64,000 nt of DNA from an uncultured Methanosarcinales archaeon. Its GTDB lineage: Archaea; Nanobdellota; Nanobdellia; Woesearchaeales; GW2011-AR4. Each line of letters starts with the position of its first letter. The first letter of the stretch is position 1. Under the pieces are notes generated by a model, which was not told the DNA's origin, did not search any database, and worked only from the letters and a program-made list of their open reading frames with translations. The stretch is taken from contig CAYTKI010000028.1 of NCBI GenBank assembly GCA_964438385.1, positions 6,521 through 70,520 on the forward strand. Reading direction: 5' to 3'. Shown here piece by piece: positions 18,271 through 27,700 of this stretch. A program made the translations under genes and the position numbers.

Positions 18271-21200
18271 ATGGCAGAAAAGGATGTAGGGGTACCTATG
18301 GAAACCGAAGAAGCAGGGCTTGAGTTCAGCCCGCGCGCCCAGCCGCAGTACAATGCCCTTGAGCACATCAGAAAATTCAAGGAACTAATGGAGGCATCCT
18401 TCTATTCGGAGATTCTCAAGAGCATCCGCAAGGGTGAAAAATTCTTCGTAATTCCATTTCCCGAACTTTCAAAATTCGATCCTGATCTCGCAAACGATTT
18501 GCTTGACAATCCTGAAGAAGTCATCAAGGCAGCCGAGCTTGCGGTGCAGCAATTTGACCTGGGGATGGAAAACGGCCTGCCTCTTTTTATTCGAATAAGG
18601 TTCTCGGACTTGCCTGCATCCCAGGGAGTCATGATAAGAAATATCAGGAGCGTCCATCTCAACAAGTTTGTTGTTTTGGAAGGGGTAGTGAGGCAGAAAT
18701 CAGATGTCCGCCCACAGGTAACGACCAGCAAGTTCGAATGCCCTGCATGCGGAAACGTCATCAATGTCCTGCAGCTCGATACCACCTTCCGAGAGCCGTC
18801 AAAATGCGGCTGCGGGAGAAAAGGAAAATTCCTCATGCTAAGTAACGAGCTTGTGGATGCGCAGGGGATTGTCATTGAAGAGTCCCCGGAAGTGTTGGAG
18901 GGAGGCGAGCAGCCAAAACGCGTCAATGTCTTTCTAAAGGATGATTTAGTGAGCCCATTAAGCGAGAGGCGCACAAGCCCAGGCTCCAAGGTTGTGGTGA
19001 ATGGTATTGTGAAGGAAGTCCCAATACTCTCGCGCACAGGAGCAAAAATGACAAGATTCGATCTTTTGATTGAGGCGAATTTTGTTGGATCATCGCAGGA
19101 GAGCTTCTATGAGGTGGACCTCAATGAACAGGATATTGTCCAAATCAAGGAAATTGCAGAAGACCCGCGCGGCTATGAGAAAATCATCTCATCAATAGCT
19201 CCTTCCATCTACGGCTATGAGAAGATTAAGGAAGCGCTCTTGCTCCAGATGCTTGGCGGCGTGAGAAAAGTCCGCAACGACAAAGTGGTCAGTAGGGGGG
19301 ATATGCACATTTTGCTTGTCGGTGATCCGGGAGCTGGAAAGTCGCAGCTCCTAAAAAGGGTGGCAACCATTGCCCCAAAATCCCGTTATGTCTCCGGTAA
19401 GGGGGCTTCGGGGGCTGGGCTCACCGCATCAGTTGTTCGTGATGAGTTTCTTAAAGGATGGGCTCTGGAAGCAGGCGCTCTTGTCCTTGCGAGTGATGGA
19501 ATTTGCTGCATTGACGAACTCGATAAGATGGGCGTTGAGGACCGTGCAGCGATGCACGAGGCACTTGAACAGCAATGCTATCATTATGATACCATTATCA
19601 CGCTGGCCAATGGTGAAGAAAAAGTAATTGGGAAATTGGTCGAAGAGCTGCTGCAACAAAACAGTTCTCAGGTCATTCAAGGAAAGGATTGCCTTGTTCT
19701 GCCGATAGGGCATCTTGGCATTGAGATGCTCACAACGGATTGGAAAGATATATTTCCAATCAAAATCAATAGGATAAGCAAGCACATCGCCCCTAGCCAT
19801 TACATCAAAATACAGATCGGCAATGGGAGAAGTGTCATCGTAACGCCTGAGCATCCTTTCTTTTCTATAAATGATGGGAAGATTATCACAAAACGTGCGG
19901 ATGAAGTGATTGAGGGGGACTGGACTCCGGTGCCGCTCATTGCTCCCATCGAAGGAGAGAGGCAATTCTTCGGTGTAAATACAGAAAAGCTCTACAACAG
20001 CAGGGCTTTGAAGCACATCCTCATACCAAAAGGCAACTGCGAGGAGTTTTTCAAGATCGTAGGGTATCTTGCCGCTGAAGGATCGAAGGAGAGGAATAGG
20101 GGAAAACTCATAGGCATCAATTTCACCAATAAGGATCCTCTATTGCTTGAAGATTTCTCCCAGTGCATGCAGTATCTCTTTGGAATTGCCCCCTACAAGC
20201 AGGAGAGGAAAGACCATCATGATGCAAGGTGGATGCTTAGATACATCTCAACTGAGCTTGCGGAATTTTTCAGGAAAAACTGCCCCGGATTGCTTGAGCT
20301 CGCAGCTAAAAAAGAGCTTCCGCAGATTGTCATGCGCGGCGAGAAAAGAAATGTTGCAGCGATGCTGCGGTGCCTTTTTGAGGGAGACGGCCACGTCTCG
20401 AAAAAGACAAGGACGATTCGGATCGGCTACGCTTCAAACAGCGAGCGATTGGTCCACCAAGTGCAGGATCTGCTCTTGCGTTTTGCCATCCGGAGCAATC
20501 TGACGCTCCATGAGGGATCCTACAAGGTTGGCATCACCGGTTATGATAACATCAAGCGCTTTAGAGAGTATATTGGCTTTGTGACTAAGAACGGGAAAAT
20601 TGATGAATATTTGAGGCAGAAATCACCGATTCGGACTGTTAAGGATTTAATCCCAACTATTGCCCTAGAAGTGATTTCTTTGCTAAGAAAATACAAGATT
20701 GGGCAAATTGGAAACTATAAGACATATGATATGGAATATGATCACTGCAGGAGGGGTTTTGATTTTTCAAGAAAGCAGCTTCAGAAGATCGTGCTTGAGC
20801 TGGAACAAAAAATAGGTGAAGAGGACAATGCTGCCTTTTCCAGATTGAAAGGATATGCATTCGGGTCAATTGGATTCGAGCAGGTTCGTTCAGTTGAGCG
20901 AATCGAAGACCGCGACCAGAAATGGAGCTATGATGTCACCATTGAGCCAAATCATACATTTATTTCACAAAATATGGTGTTGCATAACACCGTCTCGGTG
21001 AGCAAAGCAAACGTGCAGGCAACCTTAATTGCTAGAGCAACCGTGCTCGCTGCCGCGAACCCAAAATTCGGTAGGTTTGATCCTTTTGATATCATCGCAA
21101 ACCAGATTGACTTGCCTCCGACTTTGATCAACCGCTTTGATCTCATTTTTCCCATAAAAGACATTCCTGATGAGGTGAGGGACGAGAAGCTCGCAGCCCA

Positions 21201-21789
21201 CATCTTGGGACTGCACCAAAATCCGGAGATCCAAAATACGGATATCTCAACTGATCTGCTCAAGAAATATATCGCATATGCGCGGCAGTTTGTCCGCCCC
21301 CGCCTCACTCCGGAATCCATTGAAGAGATAAAGTCGTTCTACCTCAAGATGCGCGTGTCAGGATCAGGGGAAGGGAGTATTAAGACCATTCCCATTTCAG
21401 CAAGGCAGCTTGAGGCGCTCGTGAGAATGGCAGAGGCCTCGGCAAAATCAAGATTGTCTGATGTGGTGCTAAGAAGGGATGCAAGAAAGGCAATTGAGCT
21501 GTTGGAGTATTGCCTGCTCCAGGTTGGATTTGACAAGGAGACGGGAAAGATAGATATTGACCGAATCGCAACTGGTGTTGGGGCTTCCCAAAGAAACACC
21601 ATCCTCATTGTCAAGGAGATCCTAAATGACCTTGAGATAAAAATGGGCAAGACCATCCCAATTGAAAGCATCGTGCAGGAAGCAAAAAATAGGGGGCTGG
21701 AAAGCGACAAAGTTGAAGAAGCCATCGAGAAACTGCGCCGAACAGGAGATATCTTCGAGCCGAGAAGAGGGTTCATTAGCAGACTGTAA
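18271..21789 (+). CDS. mcm: MCM replicative helicase, intein-containing precursor
   Basis: Walker A GDPGAGKSQLLK, Zn finger CPACGNV...CGCG, MCM core ...RAAMHEALEQQ|intein|TVSVSKANVQATLIARATVLAAANP; 1172 aa = ~701 aa MCM + 471 aa intein. Confidence 0.95.
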   Translation: MAEKDVGVPMETEEAGLEFSPRAQPQYNALEHIRKFKELMEASFYSEILKSIRKGEKFFVIPFPELSKFDPDLANDLLDNPEEVIKAAELAVQQFDLGMENGLPLFIRIRFSDLPASQGVMIRNIRSVHLNKFVVLEGVVRQKSDVRPQVTTSKFECPACGNVINVLQLDTTFREPSKCGCGRKGKFLMLSNELVDAQGIVIEESPEVLEGGEQPKRVNVFLKDDLVSPLSERRTSPGSKVVVNGIVKEVPILSRTGAKMTRFDLLIEANFVGSSQESFYEVDLNEQDIVQIKEIAEDPRGYEKIISSIAPSIYGYEKIKEALLLQMLGGVRKVRNDKVVSRGDMHILLVGDPGAGKSQLLKRVATIAPKSRYVSGKGASGAGLTASVVRDEFLKGWALEAGALVLASDGICCIDELDKMGVEDRAAMHEALEQQCYHYDTIITLANGEEKVIGKLVEELLQQNSSQVIQGKDCLVLPIGHLGIEMLTTDWKDIFPIKINRISKHIAPSHYIKIQIGNGRSVIVTPEHPFFSINDGKIITKRADEVIEGDWTPVPLIAPIEGERQFFGVNTEKLYNSRALKHILIPKGNCEEFFKIVGYLAAEGSKERNRGKLIGINFTNKDPLLLEDFSQCMQYLFGIAPYKQERKDHHDARWMLRYISTELAEFFRKNCPGLLELAAKKELPQIVMRGEKRNVAAMLRCLFEGDGHVSKKTRTIRIGYASNSERLVHQVQDLLLRFAIRSNLTLHEGSYKVGITGYDNIKRFREYIGFVTKNGKIDEYLRQKSPIRTVKDLIPTIALEVISLLRKYKIGQIGNYKTYDMEYDHCRRGFDFSRKQLQKIVLELEQKIGEEDNAAFSRLKGYAFGSIGFEQVRSVERIEDRDQKWSYDVTIEPNHTFISQNMVLHNTVSVSKANVQATLIARATVLAAANPKFGRFDPFDIIANQIDLPPTLINRFDLIFPIKDIPDEVRDEKLAAHILGLHQNPEIQNTDISTDLLKKYIAYARQFVRPRLTPESIEEIKSFYLKMRVSGSGEGSIKTIPISARQLEALVRMAEASAKSRLSDVVLRRDARKAIELLEYCLLQVGFDKETGKIDIDRIATGVGASQRNTILIVKEILNDLEIKMGKTIPIESIVQEAKNRGLESDKVEEAIEKLRRTGDIFEPRRGFISRL
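19576..20988 (+). mobile_element. intein with LAGLIDADG homing-endonuclease domain inside mcm
   Basis: Begins Cys (CYHYDTIITLANGE), ends ...VLHN followed by Thr; two LAGLIDADG-like blocks (VGYLAAEGS, LFEGDGHV); in-frame with mcm. Confidence 0.85.
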
Positions 21790-21800
21790 GTTATTCAAAT

Positions 21801-21834
21801 TTTTTATATTGGAATTGTTTTTATATTGGGATTG
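21801..21834 (+). promoter_or_regulatory. perfect tandem duplication of 17-mer TTTTTATATTGG(A/G)ATTG (two TATA-like boxes) upstream of 21883 gene
   Basis: Seen directly at 21801..21817 and 21818..21834. Confidence 0.35.
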
Positions 21835-21882
21835 GGTGCCCACGAAGGAATATGAAGTTGATGTGCATAGTATCTCACTAAA

Positions 21883-22551
21883 ATGGACCAGGAGCAAAGA
21901 AAGCGGGCAACGGCAGTTAGGTTTTCCATCGCAGAACTGAAAAGCGCGCCTTATGTTAAGGAGGGCGGCTGGGCATCAGGCTACCTGCAGGCAGGTGGGC
22001 AGGTTTCCCGCATATGGATAATGGGGACTGTAGTGCAAAAAGCTCAGGACAATCTTTCTTTGGTGGTCGATGATGGCTCTGGCTCTGTTGCGCTGCGCGT
22101 ATTTGAAGACCATGGATTATTATTTAATATGGATGTTGGTGGGACTATTCTTGTGATTGGAAAGCCGCGTGAATTTGGGGGTGAGAGGTATGTGCTGCCC
22201 GAGATAGTGCGGAATGTGCACACGGACTGGCTCAAGGTGCATAATAAGGAGATTTCCAGGAGGGGAAAAATAGCTGCACCTCTGGAAAGCCCGATACCGA
22301 TCAAAAAAATTGTTGGGGTTGCTCAAAGTGATGCTCAAGAAAATAATAGTGGTCAGAATGAAAATAGTGGTGAAAGTCCAATAGAATTGGTGTGTGCATT
22401 CATCAGACAGCACGACTCGGGCAATGGTGTTGATGTTGAGGAAGTCATCAAATCAAGCGGAGTTGGGGATTGTGAGCACCTGATTTCACAGCTACTGCGT
22501 AGTGGGGGGATTTTTGAGATACGGCCGGGAAGAGTTAAGGTGCTGGAGTGA
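21883..22551 (+). CDS. OB-fold nucleic-acid-binding protein with C-terminal winged helix (RPA32/Stn1-like)
   Basis: 222 aa; OB-like core RIWIMGTVV...SLVVDDGSGSVALRVFED...GGTILVIGKPREFGGERYV; C-terminal wH-like segment; located directly downstream of mcm. Confidence 0.4.
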   Translation: MDQEQRKRATAVRFSIAELKSAPYVKEGGWASGYLQAGGQVSRIWIMGTVVQKAQDNLSLVVDDGSGSVALRVFEDHGLLFNMDVGGTILVIGKPREFGGERYVLPEIVRNVHTDWLKVHNKEISRRGKIAAPLESPIPIKKIVGVAQSDAQENNSGQNENSGESPIELVCAFIRQHDSGNGVDVEEVIKSSGVGDCEHLISQLLRSGGIFEIRPGRVKVLE

Positions 22552-22555
22552 ATTC

Positions 22556-23410
22556 TTAGAAAAATATCGGAGTCACATACACTTCCAAGAACGCAGCCAC
22601 AAGAAGGAACGCAATGGCAATCATGATGAGTTCTGAAAAATCCATCAGAACTGTCCTAAACTGCGGCAGCTGGTAGTGTTTCCTGATGATGGCAACTGAG
22701 AGGATGCCTCCCGCGAGCCCACCATAGAAATACGCCGCAATTTCTGGAACGCCATGCAGGGCATATTTCAAAAGGCCAATAGAGACAATGTGGAAATAGG
22801 AATTCTCACCAACCAATCTGATGGCGGTCACATAATAGTCGATGTTTGTCCTGACAAAATTGCCGATTGCCGTGCCGATGACCGTGGCATTCCATGTCAG
22901 GATGAAGATGGCCCCTGCTCCATAGATAAAGGCAAAAAATATGGAGAACGCGAGCACTTTGGCATTGTTAAGAAAAATAAGTGAGAACATGGTGAGCTGG
23001 TTAATCACATTCCCTGTGGTGGGATTGCCGTTGATGGCTTGCAGGGTTTCCGTCTGTTTTTGAAAAATAATGGAGGCAGTGTCTGATGGCAGCACAATAT
23101 ACCATAGCATGCTTGAGAGGGTGACGCCAAGGAATAGGAACATGAGAAAGGAGATTGCCTTATTATGCTCCTTGAGAAGAGAGGATTCACTCGATATGGA
23201 CATGTCCTTTTCCTCTTCAAGTTGGATGGTGGAATACATAATGGGAACAGCCGCCATGACGATGAGAAGCACCATGACCATGCTCGCCTGGTCCTCGAAT
23301 ATCCAAAGGGAGAGCAGGATGGCTACAGAAGAGTACACAAAGCCGATGAAGAACATCTCCCAGGGGTTTTTCTCCGCCTTGAGGGGGTTGAGCAGCGACT
23401 CGAGAACCAT
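22556..23410 (-). CDS. integral membrane protein, SpoIIM/DUF95-like
   Basis: ORF 22556..23617 trimmed to MVLESLLNPLKAEKNPWEMFFIGFVYSSVAILL; 6+ TM helices; divergent from aIF2-beta. Confidence 0.5.
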   Translation of the reverse strand: MVLESLLNPLKAEKNPWEMFFIGFVYSSVAILLSLWIFEDQASMVMVLLIVMAAVPIMYSTIQLEEEKDMSISSESSLLKEHNKAISFLMFLFLGVTLSSMLWYIVLPSDTASIIFQKQTETLQAINGNPTTGNVINQLTMFSLIFLNNAKVLAFSIFFAFIYGAGAIFILTWNATVIGTAIGNFVRTNIDYYVTAIRLVGENSYFHIVSIGLLKYALHGVPEIAAYFYGGLAGGILSVAIIRKHYQLPQFRTVLMDFSELIMIAIAFLLVAAFLEVYVTPIFF

Positions 23411-23477
23411 GGGTATATTTTTGGATTTGTGCTTTAAAAAGATTACCTTTAAATATGCAGTTCCATGCCCAAAGCCA

Positions 23478-23891
23478 ATGGATGAGTACAAAAAAATGCT
23501 TGAGGAAGCGCGAAAGGCGATGCCAAAATCAGTCTTTGAGAAGGAGCGTTTCACCATCCCAAAAGTGATGGGGCATCTCCAGGGATCGCGAACAGTCATC
23601 AGCAATTTCCTGCCCATAGCAAACGCGTTTCAGCGGGAGCCTGCGCACATGCTCAAGTACATCCTGCGGGAATTGGCGACTCCAGGAGAGCTTAAGCGCT
23701 CAGGCTCAGTCATCATGGGCACTAAAGTTCCCGCTTCCAGAATCAATGAAAAAGTTCAGCAGTACGCAAACGAGTTTGTCTTCTGCCCCGAGTGCGGAAA
23801 GCCAGATTCAAAATTGGAGAAAGATGGCCAGTTCCTCTACCTCAAATGCGCGGCGTGCGGCGCGAGGAATATTGTGAAGTCTAAGATTTAA
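23478..23891 (+). CDS. eif2b: translation initiation factor 2 beta subunit (aIF2-beta)
   Basis: Start MDEYKKMLEEARKAMP...; conserved FTIPKV...GSRTVISNF...LKYILRELATPGEL and C-terminal Zn ribbon CPECGKPDS...LKCAACGA. Confidence 0.85.
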   Translation: MDEYKKMLEEARKAMPKSVFEKERFTIPKVMGHLQGSRTVISNFLPIANAFQREPAHMLKYILRELATPGELKRSGSVIMGTKVPASRINEKVQQYANEFVFCPECGKPDSKLEKDGQFLYLKCAACGARNIVKSKI

Positions 23892-23941
23892 TCTTTCTTA
23901 ATACCTGCATGATGAAATGGATTGGTATTATTAATACTCCC

Positions 23942-23979
23942 AAAATATGCTCTGTCCCGAATCTCGCTTCGCTCGGGCA
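23942..23979 (+). repeat. 38-bp dispersed repeat copy A (TCTGTCCCGAATCTCGCTTCGCTCGGGCAGCGCCAAGC)
   Basis: Reverse complement recurs at 38733..38771 with one mismatch; contains internal CCCGA...TCGGG inverted repeat. Confidence 0.6.
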
Positions 23980-24062
23980 GCGCCAAGCTCACTTATGGAT
24001 GTCGCAATCAGATATGTGGTTCCCTTCCATAGGGACTTCCCCTTCCACATTTTCTGAAGCAA

Positions 24063-24512
24063 TTGCTGATTCGCTCACGGAAAAGACGCTGCCTTCATTC
24101 GGAACAGAGCCCCCGAAATAGAAAGTATAATAAATTAAATTACATCATTAAGACTGTGATTAAAAAATGTTATTTGTTTTGTGGGTTATTAGTGGTATTT
24201 ATTTTGTTCTTTGTTAGTATAGCATATTTTAACAAATCTTTCAAATCCAATCTAGAATGTGATGCGGATCTTGATTGCATCCTTACCCATAGAGATTCCT
24301 TAGAACTCAATTCTTGCTGGAAAAATGCGTGCGGTGATATTGATTACTCTCAAGAGGGATATATCGCCGTAAATGAAAATTTGATTCCGAAGTTATCTAA
24401 AATAGAAAAGAAGGTTTTGTGCGGTCCAGCACCTAACTGCCCTTCTAAAATAATTAACAATAATTATATGGCAAAGTGTATAGACCAACAATGTAAAAAG
24501 GTTCAAAAATAA
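24063..24512 (+). CDS. hypothetical small secreted Cys-rich protein in AT-rich patch
   Basis: ORF with TM (LFCGLLVVFILFFVSIAYF) then Cys-rich domain; no in-frame ATG near TM (GTG/TTG start likely); local GC much lower than flanks. Confidence 0.25.
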   Translation: MLIRSRKRRCLHSEQSPRNRKYNKLNYIIKTVIKKCYLFCGLLVVFILFFVSIAYFNKSFKSNLECDADLDCILTHRDSLELNSCWKNACGDIDYSQEGYIAVNENLIPKLSKIEKKVLCGPAPNCPSKIINNNYMAKCIDQQCKKVQK

Positions 24513-24725
24513 TTTATGATATTTTAATTATAGGGGAGTTGAATTAACTACACTTTCAATTTGAACATAGCTCCTTTTCAATTAAATTCCTTCCAATCAT
24601 CAGGTAAGTGAAGTGTAAGATCTTTGCTTATACCAAAGTCTGTACCAATAAAATTACCACTGTGTGCTTCTTGGGTGTACATGCTTTTTCTCCCTAGCAT
24701 TATACGGTAATAATTTTTCATACGT

Positions 24726-27700
24726 TCACCCAAACCACCGTCCCAGCCCCTCCTGCTTCTCTTTCTCCCTTCCAAATGTCTCCTCAACCCTATCTTTGGT
24801 CAATGCAAGGCTCTGCTGCAGGTACGCCGGTAGATGGTACTTTGCAGCAAGGGAGATTGCCGGCTCAAGGTATTTGATGACAGACCCTTCCGAGACAGTA
24901 AATAAAATCCTCCCAGAGCATTTCGTGCATTTACCGATCAATGGCGGCCTGCGGAATTTCTCATTGCATTTCACGCAGCGAAATTCCTGCGTCGAGAATT
25001 TGCGCAAATTCCCTCGAATGTCCCTGATGAGGTGCTTCTCAATCACCAATCTAGCGACATCAGCCGCGTCCACTGCCCGAATCCTGTCCGCAAGGTCCAT
25101 CTGCCCGCGGAGCTTCTCCTCCATTGAAGGCAATATTTTGTAGGCGGAGCACAGCACACCGTTATTGATGTTGGATGTCCCGTGGGTGAAACCAATCCCC
25201 TCATACTGCAAAGGAGTGTTGATGCGCTTGCCCATTTTTTCTATGGGTACTTCCCACGGCTTCTTGAACTGCAGGCATGCTTCATAGAATTCTAAGGGGT
25301 ATGTCCAGGCAACATCCAGGTCAAAAAGCATATCATCAACTTCCGAAGGGACAACTTTTGATGTCAAAACTAAGGGGGCATCCTGCGTCGCGCCGCGGGT
25401 TGCTGGCAAGAACTGCCGTGAAAAATTCAGCAGCCCATCAAGGAGCAGCGTGACGCATGCCTCATCCCCATCGCAGTCCCTGCGGGTGGCGGCATGGAGC
25501 ATCGGGTGCGCAAGCAATCCCTGAGTTTGGGAAAATCCAAGAATTCTTCCAACTATTGCTGCAGAAGTATGCGGGGCAAGAACCATCACCAGATGGCCAA
25601 CAAGATCCTGTGCTGAGGAAAGGTTGTAGTAGCCATTCAATCCATACATAAGCGCGAGCATGTCATCTATGCATTTGGTGGTATTGAAAAGCACCTTGTC
25701 CGCCCCGGCATCCGGGGAATCGGGGCATGCAGGAAGTATCAGGTCTTGCGGCTTTAGTTCAAGGAGTTGGTCATCATCCATCAATTCCCTCCCATGGATA
25801 TCCTTTAAGTATCCTAATTCCTTGAGCCGTAAAATGCCAGTTCCTATTTCATTGGGCTTAAAATGAGTGATGGGTAATTGGGTTGCGTCATAGCGGGACG
25901 TCCCATCCTTATTCACCGCTATATCATATTTGGCCCGCAGTATCCCCTTGAGCGGGTGTTCTGGGATGTGGTCCTTGCTCGATGTTCCCTTGACTCCCTT
26001 GATAAGGTCGGGAATCACATCCATCTTCATGGTCTTTGCCACATCATCAAAGATTTGATTGATGTTGATTTTTTGTTTGGTGAATGTTGCTGCCTTGCCG
26101 TGGATCTTGCAGTGTGTCATTTCTATGAGACCGCACATCTTGCAGTGGTAAAGTTTTATTGCCTGCCGGCCGCACTTCTCGCAAACACCAAGGACCGTAT
26201 GGTGGTTGCACTGCTTGCAGATAAAATTTGGAAATTCCCCTTCCACAACCCCTTCACCCATTGCGCTTTGGAATGATCGTAATCTTCCGCCCTCTTCTCC
26301 GACGGGAAAAAGCACATGAGGGCTTCCGGTTAGTTTGCGCAGTTTTGCTTTCTCCGGCCTCCCCATGCGTGCCCCTATGAAGGTGCCTGATTTGTCACGG
26401 AGAATAATCCCGCAAACTGCGCTGAGTGATTCCAAAATCTCTTTCTCTGCAAGCTCCTTGAGAAGGAGGGCGTGCCAGTCGTCTTTGAGCATGGCTAAAG
26501 TGGAAACAAGCGCAGTGCATTCCTCTCCCTTTATCACCACAAACTCATTTTGCGCGACAGTGTGTGGTATTCCAAGGATCTCAAGCACGCGCTTTGAATC
26601 TGTGATGAGGGGGAGCACTAGCTTGTGTTTTCCTTCCTGAGTGATTTCAAGCTGGCCGTCCCTAAGCCAGTTAATGAGAAGTGAGAGCTGTTCTTTGGAA
26701 ATGGTTTTCCAGTGATAAGTATAGAGGGGATGTAGGGGGATTCCATATGATTTTGAGATGAGTAATGCAAGGCCGCAGCCAGGTTTCACTTGGAGGGGAT
26801 TCCCGATAAGCCCGCGGATAAGCTCTTCATTCTGGTTCAGCTCATCGGAAGAAGTGGGAAAATCAAGCGAGCCGTGCTTCTTGGTAATCGCGCATTCGAG
26901 TTCTCGCGCCCACCATTCCTCGCAATATCCGGCAGGAACGAGGGGATGTGCACGGTTGAAAAAGTCGCCGTAGCTGAAGAGGATGTCACCTAGGAAAAGA
27001 ATCTCTGCAACCTCCCGCGCGGCCGCCTTTGCTTTTTGCTCTGTGTCCAGTAGGACAACGTCCCCATTCTTAAGCTTCACAATCGGCCCCTCTATGGAGT
27101 CGCAGCTTGCGAGAGCCGCGGCTTTTCCTGGGCGCTCCACCTTGAGCTGGGTTCCGATGGCAATATACCTATTGAGGATGTGCATCGTCGCAGGATGAAT
27201 GGCTGCTGCCGAATAGCCGGTTGTTCTTCCCCTTCCGTAGCGCAGCCGAAATCCGCCAACCGCAAGAGGGTGAGTGAGAACAGGGCGTCCTGCCACCAGG
27301 TCTTTGATGTAGGTGTACACAGGGGAGATTTTTTCTTCTTTATCTGCGACTTTGCTCTTTGACTTGATGCTGTTTTGCAGTGCAAGGAAGTCCTTGAGAA
27401 AAATCCAGTGCTCAAGGTTGAAATCCTTTCCCCATTTCGAGAGCTGCGTCCATACTTTGGATGCTTTTTGTGCAATGCATTCTCCGGTGACAAGACAAAA
27501 TCCTCCTCTGATTTTGTTGGTATCAATGCGCGGTATGTCCTTGTGGTTGGACACCTCGATGTCTTCAGAGGGGTCGCCATCGATCTGCACAGGGATGTGC
27601 CTTGTGAGGAAATGGATCTCCTCTTCGCTTGGGAGATATTGAAGGTTTGTGATGCGGTCGTGATAGTCATGCAGCTCTGTTGCTGAGCGCTTGACTTCTT

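Noticed and set aside
18402-20016. Minus-strand ORFs 18402..19037 and 19429..20016 within mcm and its intein
   Set aside because: Antisense to strongly conserved MCM and intein coding sequence; no motifs.
24578-24787. 69-aa minus-strand ORF overlapping the 3' end of polC
   Set aside because: Out-of-frame overlap with a conserved gene end, Arg/Gly-rich, no features.
25457-27686. Plus-strand ORFs (64-132 aa) inside polC, and 28584..29849 inside polB
   Set aside because: Antisense to conserved PolD subunits; no independent signals.
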